This document shows positions 1-14,087 of a stretch of 64,000 nt of DNA, piece after piece. The notes below the pieces were generated by a model. It worked only from the letters and a program-made list of their open reading frames with translations, did not search any database and was not told the DNA's origin. Made by a program: the position numbers and the translations under genes. Origin of the DNA: Eledone cirrhosa (lineage: Eukaryota); assembly GCA_964016885.1 (NCBI GenBank), contig OZ024741.1:395250001-395314000 (forward strand). The letters are read 5' to 3'. Position 1 is the first letter of the stretch; the number at the start of each line of letters is the position of its first letter.

Positions 1-2373
1 TATGTTGTTTGTGTTGTGGATTAGTTCTATGGTGTTTGTGTTGCGGGTTAGTTCTGTTGTTTGTGTTGTGGATTAGTTCTATGTTGTTTGTGTTGTGGAT
101 TAGTTTTATGTTGTTTGTGTTGTGGATTAGTTTTATGTTGTTTGTGTTGTGGATTAGTTCTATGGTGTTTGTGTTGCGGGTTAGTTCTGTTGTTTGTGTT
201 GCGGGTTAGTTCTATGGTGTTTGTGTTGCGGGTTAGTTCTGTTGTTTGTGTTGCGGGTTAGTTCTATGGTGTTTGTGTTGTGGATTAGTTTTATGTTGTT
301 TGTGTTGTGGGTTTTATGTTGTTTGTGTTGTGGATTAGTTCTATGGTGTTTGTGTTGCGGGTTAGTTCTGTTGTTTGTGTTGTGGATTAGTTCTGTTGTT
401 TGTGTTGCGGGTTAGTTCTGTTGTTTGTGTTGCGGGTTAGTTCTATGGTGTTTGTGTTGTGGATTAGTTCTGTTGTTTGTGTTGTGGATTAGTTCTGTTG
501 TTTGTGTTGCGGGTTAGTTCTGTTGTTTGTGTTGTGGATTAGTTCTATGTTGTTTGTGTTGTGGATTAGTTTTATGTTGTTTGTGTTGTGGATTAGTTCT
601 ATGGTGTTTGTGTTGCGGGTTAGTTCTGTTGTTTGTGTTGCGGGTTAGTTCTATGGTGTTTGTGTTGCGGGTTAGTTCTGTTGTTTGTGTTGCGGGTTAG
701 TTCTGTTGTTTGTGTTGCGGGTTAGTTCTATGGTGTTTGTGTTACGGGTTAGTTCTGTTGTTTGTGTTGTGGATTAGTTCTGTTGTTTGTGTTGCGGGTT
801 AGTTCTGTTGTTTGTGTTGCGGGTTAGTTCTATGGTGTTTGTGTTGTGGATTAGTTCTGTTGTTTGTGTTGTGGATTAGTTCTGTTGTTTGTGTTGCGGG
901 TTAGTTCTGTTGTTTGTGTTGCGGGTTAGTTCTATGGTGTTTGTGTTGCGGGTTAGTTCTGTTGTTTGTGTTGCGGGTTAGTTCTGTTGTTTGTGTTGTG
1001 GATTAGTTTTATGTTGTTTGTGTTGTGGATTAGTTTTATGTTGTTTGTGTTGTGGATTAGTTTTATGTAGTTTGTGTTGTGGATTAGTTCTATGTTGTTT
1101 GTGTTGTGGATTAGTTTTATGTTGTTTGTGTTGTGGATTAGTTTTATGTTGTTTGTGTTGTGGATTAGTTCTATGTTGTTTGTGTTGTGGATTAGTTCTA
1201 TGTTGTTTGTGTTGTGGATTAGTTTTATGTTGTTTGTGTTGTGGATTAGTTCTATGTTGTTTGTGTTGTGGATTAGTTTTATGTTGTTTGTGTTGTGGAT
1301 TAGTTTTATGTTGTTTGTGTTGTGGATTAGTTTTATGGTGTTTGTGTTGTGGATTAGTTTTATGTTGTTTGTGTTGTGGATTAGTTTTATGTTGTTTGTG
1401 TTGTGGATTAGTTTTATGTTGTTTGTGTTGTGGATTAGTTCTATGGTGTTTGTGTTGCGGGTTAGTTCTGTTGTTTGTGTTGCGGGTTAGTTCTATGGTG
1501 TTTGTGTTGCGGGTTAGTTCTGTTGTTTGTGTTGCGGGTTAGTTCTGTTGTTTGTGTTGCGGGTTAGTTCTATGGTGTTTGTGTTACGGGTTAGTTCTGT
1601 TGTTTGTGTTGTGGATTAGTTCTGTTGTTTGTGTTGCGGGTTAGTTCTGTTGTTTGTGTTGCGGGTTAGTTCTATGGTGTTTGTGTTGTGGATTAGTTCT
1701 GTTGTTTGTGTTGTGGATTAGTTCTGTTGTTTGTGTTGCGGGTTAGTTCTGTTGTTTGTGTTGCGGGTTAGTTCTATGGTGTTTGTGTTGCGGGTTAGTT
1801 CTGTTGTTTGTGTTGCGGGTTAGTTCTGTTGTTTGTGTTGTGGATTAGTTTTATGTTGTTTGTGTTGTGGATTAGTTTTATGTTGTTTGTGTTGTGGATT
1901 AGTTTTATGTAGTTTGTGTTGTGGATTAGTTCTATGTTGTTTGTGTTGTGGATTAGTTTTATGTTGTTTGTGTTGTGGATTAGTTTTATGTTGTTTGTGT
2001 TGTGGATTAGTTCTATGTTGTTTGTGTTGTGGATTAGTTCTATGTTGTTTGTGTTGTGGATTAGTTTTATGTTGTTTGTGTTGTGGATTAGTTCTATGTT
2101 GTTTGTGTTGTGGATTAGTTTTATGTTGTTTGTGTTGTGGATTAGTTTTATGTTGTTTGTGTTGTGGATTAGTTTTATGGTGTTTGTGTTGTGGATTAGT
2201 TTTATGTTGTTTGTGTTGTGGATTAGTTTTATGTTGTTTGTGTTGTGGATTAGTTTTATGTTGTTTGTGTTGTGGATTAGTTCTATGTTGTTTGTGTTGT
2301 GGATTAGTTCTATGTTGTTTGTGTTGTGGATTAGTTTTATGTTGTTTGTGTTGTGGATTAGTTCTATGTTGTT
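1..2373. repeat. 27-bp minisatellite (TATGTTGTTTGTGTTGTGGATTAGTT[C/T]) with 25-bp variants and an 842-bp higher-order duplication
   Basis: Tandem units are directly visible. Rare variants GTTACGGG (741 and 1583) and TTTTATGTAG (1061 and 1903) both recur at +842. Confidence 0.97.
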
Positions 2374-2375
2374 TT

Positions 2376-3120
2376 GGGGTTGGTTTCTGTAGGAGATATT
2401 TTTGTGGATACCTATGTTGTGGTGGTTGGGTATGTTTCTTCTACTGGTTGTATTTGGTTTGTGATGAGTGGGGTTTTGTCTGTGGTTTAGGTGTGTTGAG
2501 ATTGGTAGTATGAATGTTTCTGTGGGGGTTCTTGTTTTGTTTAATTCCTTTATAAAGGGGTTATCTGTGTGATGCATTGTTTTGAAATTCTCTGCATATT
2601 TAAGGAACTAATTTTCAGATTTTTACCATCATTTTAGTGAAATTAGTTCTGCATTCTCGCAGTCCTGTTTCCAGGATTTAATTAAATTTTGTAGGGTTGG
2701 TCACTCAGTGGGTTTAGCACATTCTATTTCCCTTTGTTGGTCAATATCTTGGTACTTTTGTTCATTGGAGGTGGCTCTCAATTTTAAGAGTTCTATTTCC
2801 ATATTCATTTTGTTGAGTGACATTTGTTCTTGTAGTTTCCTTTGTTGTTCAGGTTCATTAGTTATGGGTTTTATTTGAAATTTACGGGGTAAGATTAATG
2901 GTGTGGAGTTGATCCATTTTTCATAGATTCCAGCTTTGTTCATATTTTTCACCATATTCTAAAAAGTGAATTTTCTTGTTTTTAGTTGTTTTTTCCGAAA
3001 GTGTCCAATTTGGTTTTTAATGTAGTACGAGGTTTCTTGTTCTGTTTTAACGTTTATAAGTTTTTCCATTGAATTGCACTAGTGCTGTATGTTTAGGTTG
3101 AATTGGTTATTGGTTGTTGG
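2376..3120 (-). pseudogene. Degraded ORF, probably the N-terminal region of a retroelement (PLE-like) protein, reading into the minisatellite
   Basis: ORFs 2701-2955 (IYEKWINSTPLILPRKFQ...) and 1795-2577 are interrupted by stops. The region is linked by an inverted duplication to a PLE RT fragment. Family assignment is inference. Confidence 0.4.
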
Positions 3121-3313
3121 AAATGTTCTACAAGAGATAAACGGAAAACTCATAATCCTTACAGAAAAACTTGATAAACCACAAAACCCCACACTGACCG
3201 ATAACAACGAAAACAATATTACAAACAACCAATAATCAATTCAACCTAAACATACAGCACTTATGCAATTCCATGGAGAAACTTATAAACGTTAAAACAG
3301 AACAAGAAACCTC
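3029..3313. repeat. Inverted repeat with ~90-bp arms (3029-3118 / 3223-3313)
   Basis: GAGGTTTCTTGTTCTGTTTTAACGTTTATAAG... is the reverse complement of ...CTTATAAACGTTAAAACAGAACAAGAAACCTC. Confidence 0.9.
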
Positions 3314-3452
3314 ATACGGGATGACCATGATATGCTGAACCACCTACCTAAAACAGTAAGTGAACACACAATTCTTGTCTCCTTTGACGTAGTAAACCTT
3401 TCCACAAACATACCCCATAACTATGGAATAACGGCAATCCAGTACTGGCTAT
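3314..3452 (+). mobile_element. Penelope-like (Neptune-type) RT fragment
   Basis: Translates as IRDDHDMLNHLPK...ILVSFDVVNLSTNIPH..G..AI, matching the PLE RT motif FDVxxLYTNIP. Confidence 0.75.
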
Positions 3453-5778
3453 ATTGGTTCAATGGCATATCCAACAAGGAACATTGCCGTTTTATCCAAT
3501 TTGACATCAACAACTACTACTCCTCCATCACTTTACCACTTCTTCTTAGAGCTATCAATTTCGCTAAAACGCTCACGGTGGTTAAGGATTTCGAAGTTGA
3601 TGTCATCCTCAATGCCCGTAAGTCGGTGATTAATTTCGACGACTCTATTTGGATAAAAAAATCTAATAGTACCCCATTCAACGTGAGTATGGGCGCCAGC
3701 GATTCAGTGGTGGTTACAGATCTTATCGGCCTTTTCCTTCTTTTCTCTACCAAGGAAGAATTCCCTAATTTAGGCGGTGGTTTGTACCACGATGTCGCAA
3801 GTGCGGTCCATGCGCTTGCGACAGGTTTAAAGGCTTCAACCTCTCCATACAGGTTGAGGCCAACCTCTCGGTCATTAATTACCTCGACGTAATCATCAAT
3901 TTGTCGAATGGCTTGCACTACCCGTATAGAAAGCCGAATGATACACTTAATTACATAAGTAAGCATTCTAACCACCCTGCCAGCATAACCAAGAACCTGG
4001 TAAGAAACGTTTCTTTGAGGCTTTCCCGTCTATCTACAAACGAGCATATTTTCAGCGACCATTCCACATATTACAATGAAGCTCTTGCTCGGAGTGGATT
4101 TGTCGATAAAGTAGCATATACTAAGTGTGAGCATAAACCAAGGAAAAATAGATCCCGACGCATTATATGGTATAACACACCATATAATATGAAGGTGGCC
4201 ACACCATTAGCTAAGATCTTTCTCTCCCTTATTAAGAAGCATTTCCCCTCAGCACATAAATATAATAACATTTTTAATAGAAATACCATTAAAATATCAT
4301 ACTCTACGACTCCTAACTTTTCACATAACATCACTGCTTCAAATTTAGCTAAATTACCTAGCCGTAGTAACACGTGCAACCCTGTAGCTAGTACTAACTG
4401 TAATTGTAGGAATCAGGTTGACTGCCCTCTCTCCGGGAAATGCCTCTCCAGTAAGATTGTCTACAAATGTAAGGTCGAAACACCCACGTCTAGTAGGGCC
4501 TACATAGGGTTAACCGCCAATAAATTCAAGCAGCGTTTTTACATGCACACCGATTCTTTTCTTAACCCTTTAAGAAGGAATATGACGTCACTTTCAGCTT
4601 ATATTTGGAGTCTAAAAGACAACCACATCCAATATAGGTTACACTGGGAGATCCTAGCTAAAGTTAGATCGTATAACGGAAATAAAAGACTATGCGATCT
4701 TTACGCCGCTGAAGCCCTGGAAATACTTTACGCCAATGATCATATCTTAAAAAAAACATCTGAGGCAATTTCGGCTTGTAAACACAAATTGCATAAAACT
4801 TTCCTGTGTTACAGCCCCACAGTATACCCTAACGGATAGTATGAACAATACGCGGATAATTTACGTCTTGATGTGGTAGCTAAGTATATTTTATGTTTAT
4901 ACCATTACTTATTTGTACAGGTAAGTATAGCTTACCCGTATGTTTTGTGACGGTACATATACTTTCTCGTACGTATATATGCTTGTATTTGTTATAGGTG
5001 TATATATTATATTATATAAACTGGTATATGTGTATATGTGTATTTTGTGTATGCATGTATGCGTGTTTGCACTTATGTAAGGTGTGTATATGTGTACATT
5101 GTGTTTTGGTTTACGTACGTTTGGTGAACATATGTGTATTTACCTCTAGGTATGTGTGTGCGTGCGTTATATACGCATTTATGTGTGTATATTTATATAC
5201 GTTTATATAATTATATGTATACGCACACACAAACATATATAGTTTTTTATGCATATTTGGTGTATACGTTCGTATGTATGCGGGTACATGTGTCGCGCGG
5301 GTTTATTTATGTGTGCGCGTGTTTATGTGTACGTGCATGTATATGCATACATGGCGGGATTTTTGCGTATGCACGTGTATGTACGTATATAGATGCGCGT
5401 ATCTATATATTTAATTATTATTACTTTTATCATTTTAATAACCTCTGTCATTTTCGTTCTACTAATTTATTTACATTATTCTCAACTCCGAGAATCATTC
5501 GGTTTCCTAAATAGAATATTAGTCTACGACTCCATTTATACCATAAACATGGTTTTGTCTTTGCGTGTAATTGTTCGCATCGCTCGACATAACGATGTAT
5601 TATCTTCGCTTTTTTCCGTTCATTCGTCTTCACGAACCAAAATATCGTCTTCCTGTTATCCTTCGGTTGCAATGTTTTTCGAAATATTTACTTCTGCGTT
5701 CACAGATTGATTTTTTTAGTTTCAGAAGATCCCGTTAAGGGTGAAAGCAGCGATTTTTACTTAAACTTTAATTTGTTA

Positions 5779-5786
<8 letters not shown>
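3453..5786 (+). mobile_element. Penelope-like retroelement A, 5'-truncated and degraded: RT, Cys linker, GIY-YIG endonuclease, 3' UTR/pLTR with hammerhead
   Basis: RT motifs FIQFDINNYYSSI, VSMGASDS and GGLYHD; YRKPN..LNYI...SNHP; linker CNCR...CPL.GKC; IVYKC...AYIGLT...FKQRF in ORF 3901-4839. Confidence 0.9.
5718..5767 (+). ncRNA. Type I hammerhead-like motif with CAGAAGA core variant
   Basis: agttt-CAGAAGA-t ccc gttaa ggg t-GAAA-gca..tac-TT-aaact. Stem I is agttt/aaact. Confidence 0.65.
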
Positions 5787-5864
<78 letters not shown>

Positions 5865-5928
5865 ATGTATATATATATATATAATGTATATATATATATA
5901 TATACACATATATATATATATATATATA

Positions 5929-5962
<34 letters not shown>

Positions 5963-5966
5963 TATA

Positions 5967-5997
<31 letters not shown>

Positions 5998-6062
5998 ATG
6001 TATATATATATATATATATATAATGTATATATATATATATATATAACGTATATATATATATA

Positions 6063-6100
<38 letters not shown>

Positions 6101-6104
<4 letters not shown>

Positions 6105-6286
6105 GTTTCTACGTTTGGCACAAGGCCAGCAATTTCTTAGTACATTACTGGTACTTTATTTTATTGACCCCGTAAGGATGAAAGGCAAAGTTAAACTCGG
6201 CGTTTGAACTCAAAATGCCAAGGACCGTAACTCTATGCGTCAAAGCATGGCGTCCGACTCTCTACCGATACTGCCAATCCACCACC
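6101..6286 (-). mobile_element. tRNA-derived SINE, family S1
   Basis: Head has A box TGGCAGTATCGG and B box GAGTTCAAA; central GCCTTTCATCCTTACGGGGTCAATAAAATAAAGTACCAG resembles Meta/MESC-type SINE domains. Seven copies occur in the window. Confidence 0.88.
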
Positions 6287-6293
6287 CTGAGGG

Positions 6294-6984
<691 letters not shown>

Positions 6985-7354
6985 GGTGGCTGCTAACTCG
7001 TTTTCGAGTACGGCCACTACTTTATATCCATGTAGGAGAACCCCTACTGATGCGCTGAACGAGTGTGACTTTTTAGTCCAGCCGGCGACATGAAAACTCT
7101 GGTACAAACACTACACTTGTGACAATTATTGACACATAGTGCTGGGCCCATGGTACCATGTGACGACAAGTGCAGAGAGATCTCCAGATATAAAGCAATG
7201 CCTGTGCCGTGAAGCTTTTATAGTGAGCAAAGGCACTGCACAAAGCCAGTCCCACTCTCTTAACCAAGATGATATTTACCAAAAAGAAGAACAAGTCAAC
7301 ATCATTGGATACCATCAGGGTTTCAGGTGTTATATCAGAGTTTTCCTTCTCCTA

Positions 7355-7357
<3 letters not shown>
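6985..7357 (+). repeat. Unclassified structured dispersed repeat X
   Basis: About 300 bp match 60713-61009 in reverse complement. Flanked by (TA)n on both sides. Confidence 0.85.
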
Positions 7358-7410
<53 letters not shown>

Positions 7411-7575
7411 ATGAAAGGTATAGAAAACATTGTAGCGAAAAGCCAACAGTATTCCGTAATATATAAGTGACTATAGCGGCGCCAAAATGGGAAAAATAGT
7501 TAACGTAAGATGTGGGAAAAAATAATTCAAACTCATCTCAAAGAGAATCAGGATATATATATATATATATACATA

Positions 7576-7641
<66 letters not shown>

Positions 7642-7676
7642 TATATATACATATATATATATATGTGTATATATAC

Positions 7677-7722
<46 letters not shown>

Positions 7723-7728
7723 ATATAC

Positions 7729-7853
<125 letters not shown>

Positions 7854-7867
7854 TATATATATACATT

Positions 7868-9800
7868 ATAGAGGCATTAAATTAATCGACCAGGTCATGA
7901 AGGTCACGGAAAAAGTAATAGCGCAAGTAATCAGAGAGAGAATTGATCTAGATGAAATGCAGTTCGGGTTTGTGTCAGGCAAAAGTACCACAGACGCTCT
8001 TTTCATTGTACGACAACTACAGGAGAAGTACCTAGCTAAAAGTAAACCCCTATACTTAGCTTTCGTCGACTTGGAGAAAGCCTTCGACAGAGTCCCCCGT
8101 TCCATTATCTGGTGGTCTCTTAGAAAACTAGGTGTTGACGAATGGCTTGTGAGAGCTATACAAGCCATGTATAAAGAAACAGACAGTAAGGTTAGAATTA
8201 ACAACGAATATAGTGAAGAGTTTAGCGTAAAAGTTGGTGTCCATCAGGGCTCTGTTCTTAGCCCCCTACTATTTATTATTGCCCTTCAGGCTATAACAGA
8301 GGAGTTCAAGACCGGCTGCCCATGGGAACTCCTATACGCAGATGATCTAACGCTCATAGCTGAATCAATGACCGAACTAGAGAAGAAATTCCAAACATGG
8401 AAGCACGGCCTAGAATCAAAAGGCCTTAAAATTAACCTGCCTAAGACTAAAGTTCTAGTTTGTAGGAAAGAAAATAAGGCGGCGGTCCCATCTGGGAAAT
8501 GGCCATGCTCAGTGTGTAGGAAAGGCGTAGGTAGAAACTCCATTTTATGTCCCAAATGCAAAGTATGGGTGCATAAAAGATGTAGTGGGATCACAGGTAA
8601 GCTAACTAAGAACATAGATTTTACATGTGGCCGGTGCTCTGGTGCAATAAGTAGCAGCAAGTGCCCACAAAATACTAGCTCCTTCAACTGCGCAGAGGGT
8701 TCTATAGAAATAGTGGACAGCTTCCGTTATCTGGGTGACAAAATCAGCAGTGGGGGAGGGTGCTCTGAAAGTACAGTAGCTAGAGTCAGAACTGGATGGA
8801 AAAAGTTCAGAGAGCTTATACCACTATTAGCCGCTAGAGGGTTCTCCCTAAAAATGAAAGGCAGGTTGTACGATGCCTGCATACGAACAGCAATGCTGCA
8901 TGGCAGTGAGACCTGGGCATTGTGTGCAGAGGATATACGCAGACTAGAGAGGAACGAAGCTTGCATGCTCCGCTGGATGTGCAATAGTAATATACGTGAA
9001 CGGCAAAGCATAAACGAACTAAGGAAAAAAATTAGAAATAAGAGGGATCAGATGTTGTTTACTCGAGAGAAGGCTACGTTGGTACGGTCACGTGATGCGC
9101 ATGAAAGACGACAGCTGTATAACAAAGTGCAGGGCAATAAAGATAGACGGTAGCCACGGAGTAGGCAGACCCAGAAAAACATGGGACGAGCTGATAAATT
9201 CCGACCTCACACGCTTACACCTCTCCAAGACAATGTCACTGGACCGAGACCTTTGGCGGTACTCAGTAATAGAGAAGACCCGCCTTACCTAAATACAAAG
9301 TAAAAACCTACTACAGTCAGTAGGCATCTCTATCAAAACACACCCCCGTCCCACCACCTCCACCCCACCCACACCGCCCCTTTCAATGTAAAGTTATGTT
9401 GGTCCCACAACATCCAGGCCGAAACAAATGAGATCGTGTAGGTGTCACGACAAAAAACACACAGTCCACGCTGTAAATGTGGCCGTGTAGGCAACACGGT
9501 AAAAACCTCCCAGCCCCACACTGTAAATGTGGTTGGTGTTAGGAAGGGCATCCAGCTGTAGAAAACCCGCCAGACAGTCCACGCTGTAATGTGGCCGTGT
9601 AGGCAACACGGTAAAAACCTCCCAGCCCCACACTGTAAATGTGGTTGGTGTTAGGAAGGGCATCCAACTGTAGAAAACCCGCCAGACAGTCCTATGCGAG
9701 CAAGACAACCACTCTTGCCTCAAGTGGGAAAACCCCCGTCCAAACCCATGCAAGCGTGGAACACGGACGCTAAACCAGATGATGATGATGATGATGATGA
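7868..9800 (+). mobile_element. RTE-clade LINE family A, 5'-truncated, with a frameshift near 9025-9031
   Basis: RT motifs [24 protein letters not shown] and FRYLG; C-terminal RLRWYGHV and GRPRKTW; 3' UTR ends in (GAT)n. Confidence 0.96.
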
Positions 9801-9808
9801 TATATATA

Positions 9809-10006
<198 letters not shown>

Positions 10007-10011
10007 ATATA

Positions 10012-10852
<841 letters not shown>

Positions 10853-10875
10853 ATATTTTTCTTCCTAACAATCGT

Positions 10876-10964
<89 letters not shown>

Positions 10965-11134
10965 GTGTATATATATATATATATATATATAATGTGTATA
11001 TATATATATAATGTGTGTGTATATATATGTATATACAAAAAGTTATGAAACGAAAGGAGCTATACATTATATATATATACATTATACATTATATATACAT
11101 TATATATATACATTATACATTATATACATTATAC

Positions 11135-11183
<49 letters not shown>

Positions 11184-11390
11184 GTTTTTCGAAATATTCA
11201 CTTCTGCGTTCACAGATTGATTTTTTTAGTTTCAGAAGATCCCGTTAAGGGTGAAAGCAGCGATTCTTTGCTTAAACTTTAATCTGTTATTTTAATAAAT
11301 ATTTGCTCTAGGGTTCTTATATATTTGATATATATTTATCCTTATCGAGCCCTCTTTGGATTTTAGTCTTCAAATTTATTATTATTATTA
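11184..11390 (+). mobile_element. Second pLTR copy and unique 3' tail of PLE A
   Basis: 11184-11297 duplicates 5674-5786 and is followed by a tail with the GCTC...GAGC hairpin. Confidence 0.85.
11228..11278 (+). ncRNA. Type I hammerhead-like motif with CAGAAGA core variant
   Basis: agttt-CAGAAGA-t ccc gttaa ggg t-GAAA-gca gcgattctt tgc-TT-aaact. Confidence 0.7.
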
Positions 11391-11573
11391 CTATATATAT
11401 ACATAAAAGAAAAGTTTCGCTCTACATGGCTGAATACAATAAATGTAATCTGAAATTTTCGAATATTAATAATAAAATTCGGTTCGTTTGTAATGATGCA
11501 AACAAGCCTCAATTTTATAGCCATGTCAGTAGAATGAACCCTTCATTCTTGCGCTTGTGTTGGCATGTGAACA

Positions 11574-11623
11574 GAACTGCAGATACTAATGTTTCTGGGT
11601 ATCACCCTTCATCAGTACAGCTC
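11574..11623 (-). ncRNA. Type I hammerhead, slightly degenerate in stem III
   Basis: Minus strand reads gagctgta-CTGATGA-a gggt gat accc a-GAAAC attagt ATC-tgcagttc. Stem I is 8 bp with G-U pairs. Confidence 0.72.
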
Positions 11624-12149
11624 ACTGTTTTGTGAGACAAGGCGAAATGTTAAGATTTCGAAGGGAATAGATGACTTCGTAGAGACAGTTAGAGACAGTC
11701 ATACTGGCCAGCATGGGTAAAACAAGGGTAAAGAATAAATATGTGTTGTGAAGGCCAGCAAAATGATAAATACAACAATAATAACAATAATAGCGTAAGC
11801 AGAACATTTGCAATTGGGAAAGAGAGGGATACCTGGAAGATTTATATATGCATGGCTGAAACATGGTTTTAGCAGTTTGTTCTCGTGATTAATTTTAGCC
11901 TTTCAGAATCAAGTGTGTCTTATCTCGTGAAAACTTCAAGATGAGTGAGGGATGAATGGAAGAGAAAGGGAGGTAATAGGTAGGGGATAGGTGGCTTAGA
12001 GAGAGAGAGAGAGAGGGTAGCCATCATGGCCTATAGCATCTCAGGAGATTTGGGCGAAATAAACCGATACGAGTACCTATATTAGACAAGGCCTCCGACT
12101 AAATTGTCAGTGGATGAGTCACTGAAATTTTCAGAAAATTTATAAGGAA

Positions 12150-13670
12150 TTGTTTTTTATAACTATGAATGATAAAATTGAAGCGTTTCCCGCCATAAGT
12201 GGAAATGGGAGCGTTGAAATGAATATCACTATGACAACAGGGTGTGATTGAGAAAAATCACATGAAAACAAAAGCCTGGAAACACAAACGTCACAAAAAA
12301 TATTCAACAAGAAAAAAACAACTTCACAAATGAACTCCACAACCACAAATCAAGCAATTGAGAACAACAAAAACAACAGCAGCAACCATAAAAATCTTTT
12401 GCCACGATAAGCAAAGAAAGTTTTACAAATATTGATATTTCCAATGCGAAGGAAATGATCAATGAAGCAAAAAAAATATTACCTTCGAGGAAAAAAGGGG
12501 ATTTAAAATCACCTCTCCGCCATAAATCAAAGCCGACACAATGCGAAGGACTGTTTTTTTTCGCACGATTTCGAACAAACAAAAAAAAAAACGGCTTTCC
12601 TTACTCAATGCGAAATTGAAATCATCTTGAAAGAGGCAATGCCAGAAATACAATTCATACAAAGGGCTAAACTATATGGAAGCATTTCGGTGCTCTTCAA
12701 AAGTGAGGCCCTTGCAAAACAATACTCAGTGACCTTGGTCACCTCTGCCACACACACCTTTTTCCCTACATAACTGGGAAAAAGGACACAAAAAATAAAC
12801 ATTTCCAATATACCACCCAACATTAACATCTGGTGGATTCTGGCAGGGTTCTTGGAGGAGGATGAAGACAATACTGTTGATTCAAAAATCCACAAGAAAC
12901 ACCTGGAACGGCACAAGCTTGGAAATTTTGGTCCAAATGAAACCGAACAGAATTTCCAAGATACCAGAAAGGGTGCCAGTAGACAATACAAACTATATAC
13001 AGATTTCAGCAGGAGGGAGGCCACATTATTTTAAATGCGCAAGCACATCGCATTTAAAGGCCTCCTGTCCCCTCTTACGAACAAACACCAACCCTCCCCA
13101 AAAAGTACTTTTACCAACACCAACACCAAAACCACAACAACAACACACAAAACAAGCAAACACACAAAAACAAACAACTGCTCAACCTCAAACGACAGAA
13201 AAAACACAAACAATTCCCCTGAAAAACACAGTCCCACCCCATCCCACTCCAGCCAACACTACCACAATCACACCATCACCACACAACATACCCCTCCCAC
13301 ACGCCCCTGATGACGATTCATCGTCAGACGAGGCTACTTCTCCATCCCCAAGTAAAGATGAAGGAGAGCCTCAGAAAAAAAAAAGAGACACCGCAAAGCC
13401 ACAAAAACACCAATCACCAACATCAATACACAACCACCAACACAAACCCCCCCCCCCCCCAGCAAAACAAACACCAACACCACCCCAAACACAAATGCCC
13501 ACCATAAAAAGAAAACTACAACATGAACAACAAACCAAAACAACACAAAAAAAAACAATACACATACATTAACACAAACAATAAAAACCTAATGGAGGTC
13601 ATCTCCCAAGACCCTAAACTGACGTCGGTGAAAGAGACATAACTTGCTAAGGGAGGTAATTACTCGGTAT
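12150..13670 (+). mobile_element. Degraded LINE ORF1-like (gag-knuckle) element without ORF2
   Basis: Broken reading frame contains GGRPH[Y]FKCASTSHLKASCP, a degenerate CX2CX4HX4C, followed by a Pro/Thr/Gln-rich tail. Ends at (TA)n. Confidence 0.55.
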
Positions 13671-13722
13671 ATATAATGTATATATAATGTATATATATAT
13701 GTGTGTGTGTATATATATATGT

Positions 13723-13785
<63 letters not shown>

Positions 13786-13789
13786 TATC

Positions 13790-13851
13790 AAGGGCGGTGC
13801 CCCAGCATGGCCTCAGCCGGATGGCTGAAACAGGTAAAAGAGTAAAAGAGT
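13790..13851 (+). mobile_element. SINE/LINE 3'-tail fragment
   Basis: GGCGGTGCCCCAGCATGGCC...CTGAAACAGGTAAAAGAGTAAAAGAG ends in a short tandem repeat and sits within a (TA)n array. Confidence 0.5.
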
Positions 13852-13898
13852 ATATATATACATATAATGTATATATATATATATATACACATACATAT

Positions 13899-14087
13899 AA
13901 TTGTTTCTACTTTAGGCACAAGGCCAGCAACTACCCAGTGCATTACTGGTAGTTTATTTTATCGACCCCGTAAGGATGAAAGGCAAAGTAAACCTCGGCG
14001 GGATTTGAACTCAAACCGTAAAGGGACGTAACTATGCTGGAAAGCATGGCGTCCGACTCTCTACCAATACTGCCAATCCACCACCGC
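13899..14087 (-). mobile_element. tRNA-derived SINE S1
   Basis: Matches the other S1 copies; A and B boxes present. Confidence 0.9.

Noticed and set aside
1-2373. Possible CRISPR array
   Set aside because: The units are contiguous with no unique spacers, there are no cas genes, and the context is eukaryotic.
9-2513. Cys-rich CCGLVLCCL and hydrophobic FVLWISFM ORFs
   Set aside because: These are alternative frames of the 27-bp minisatellite.
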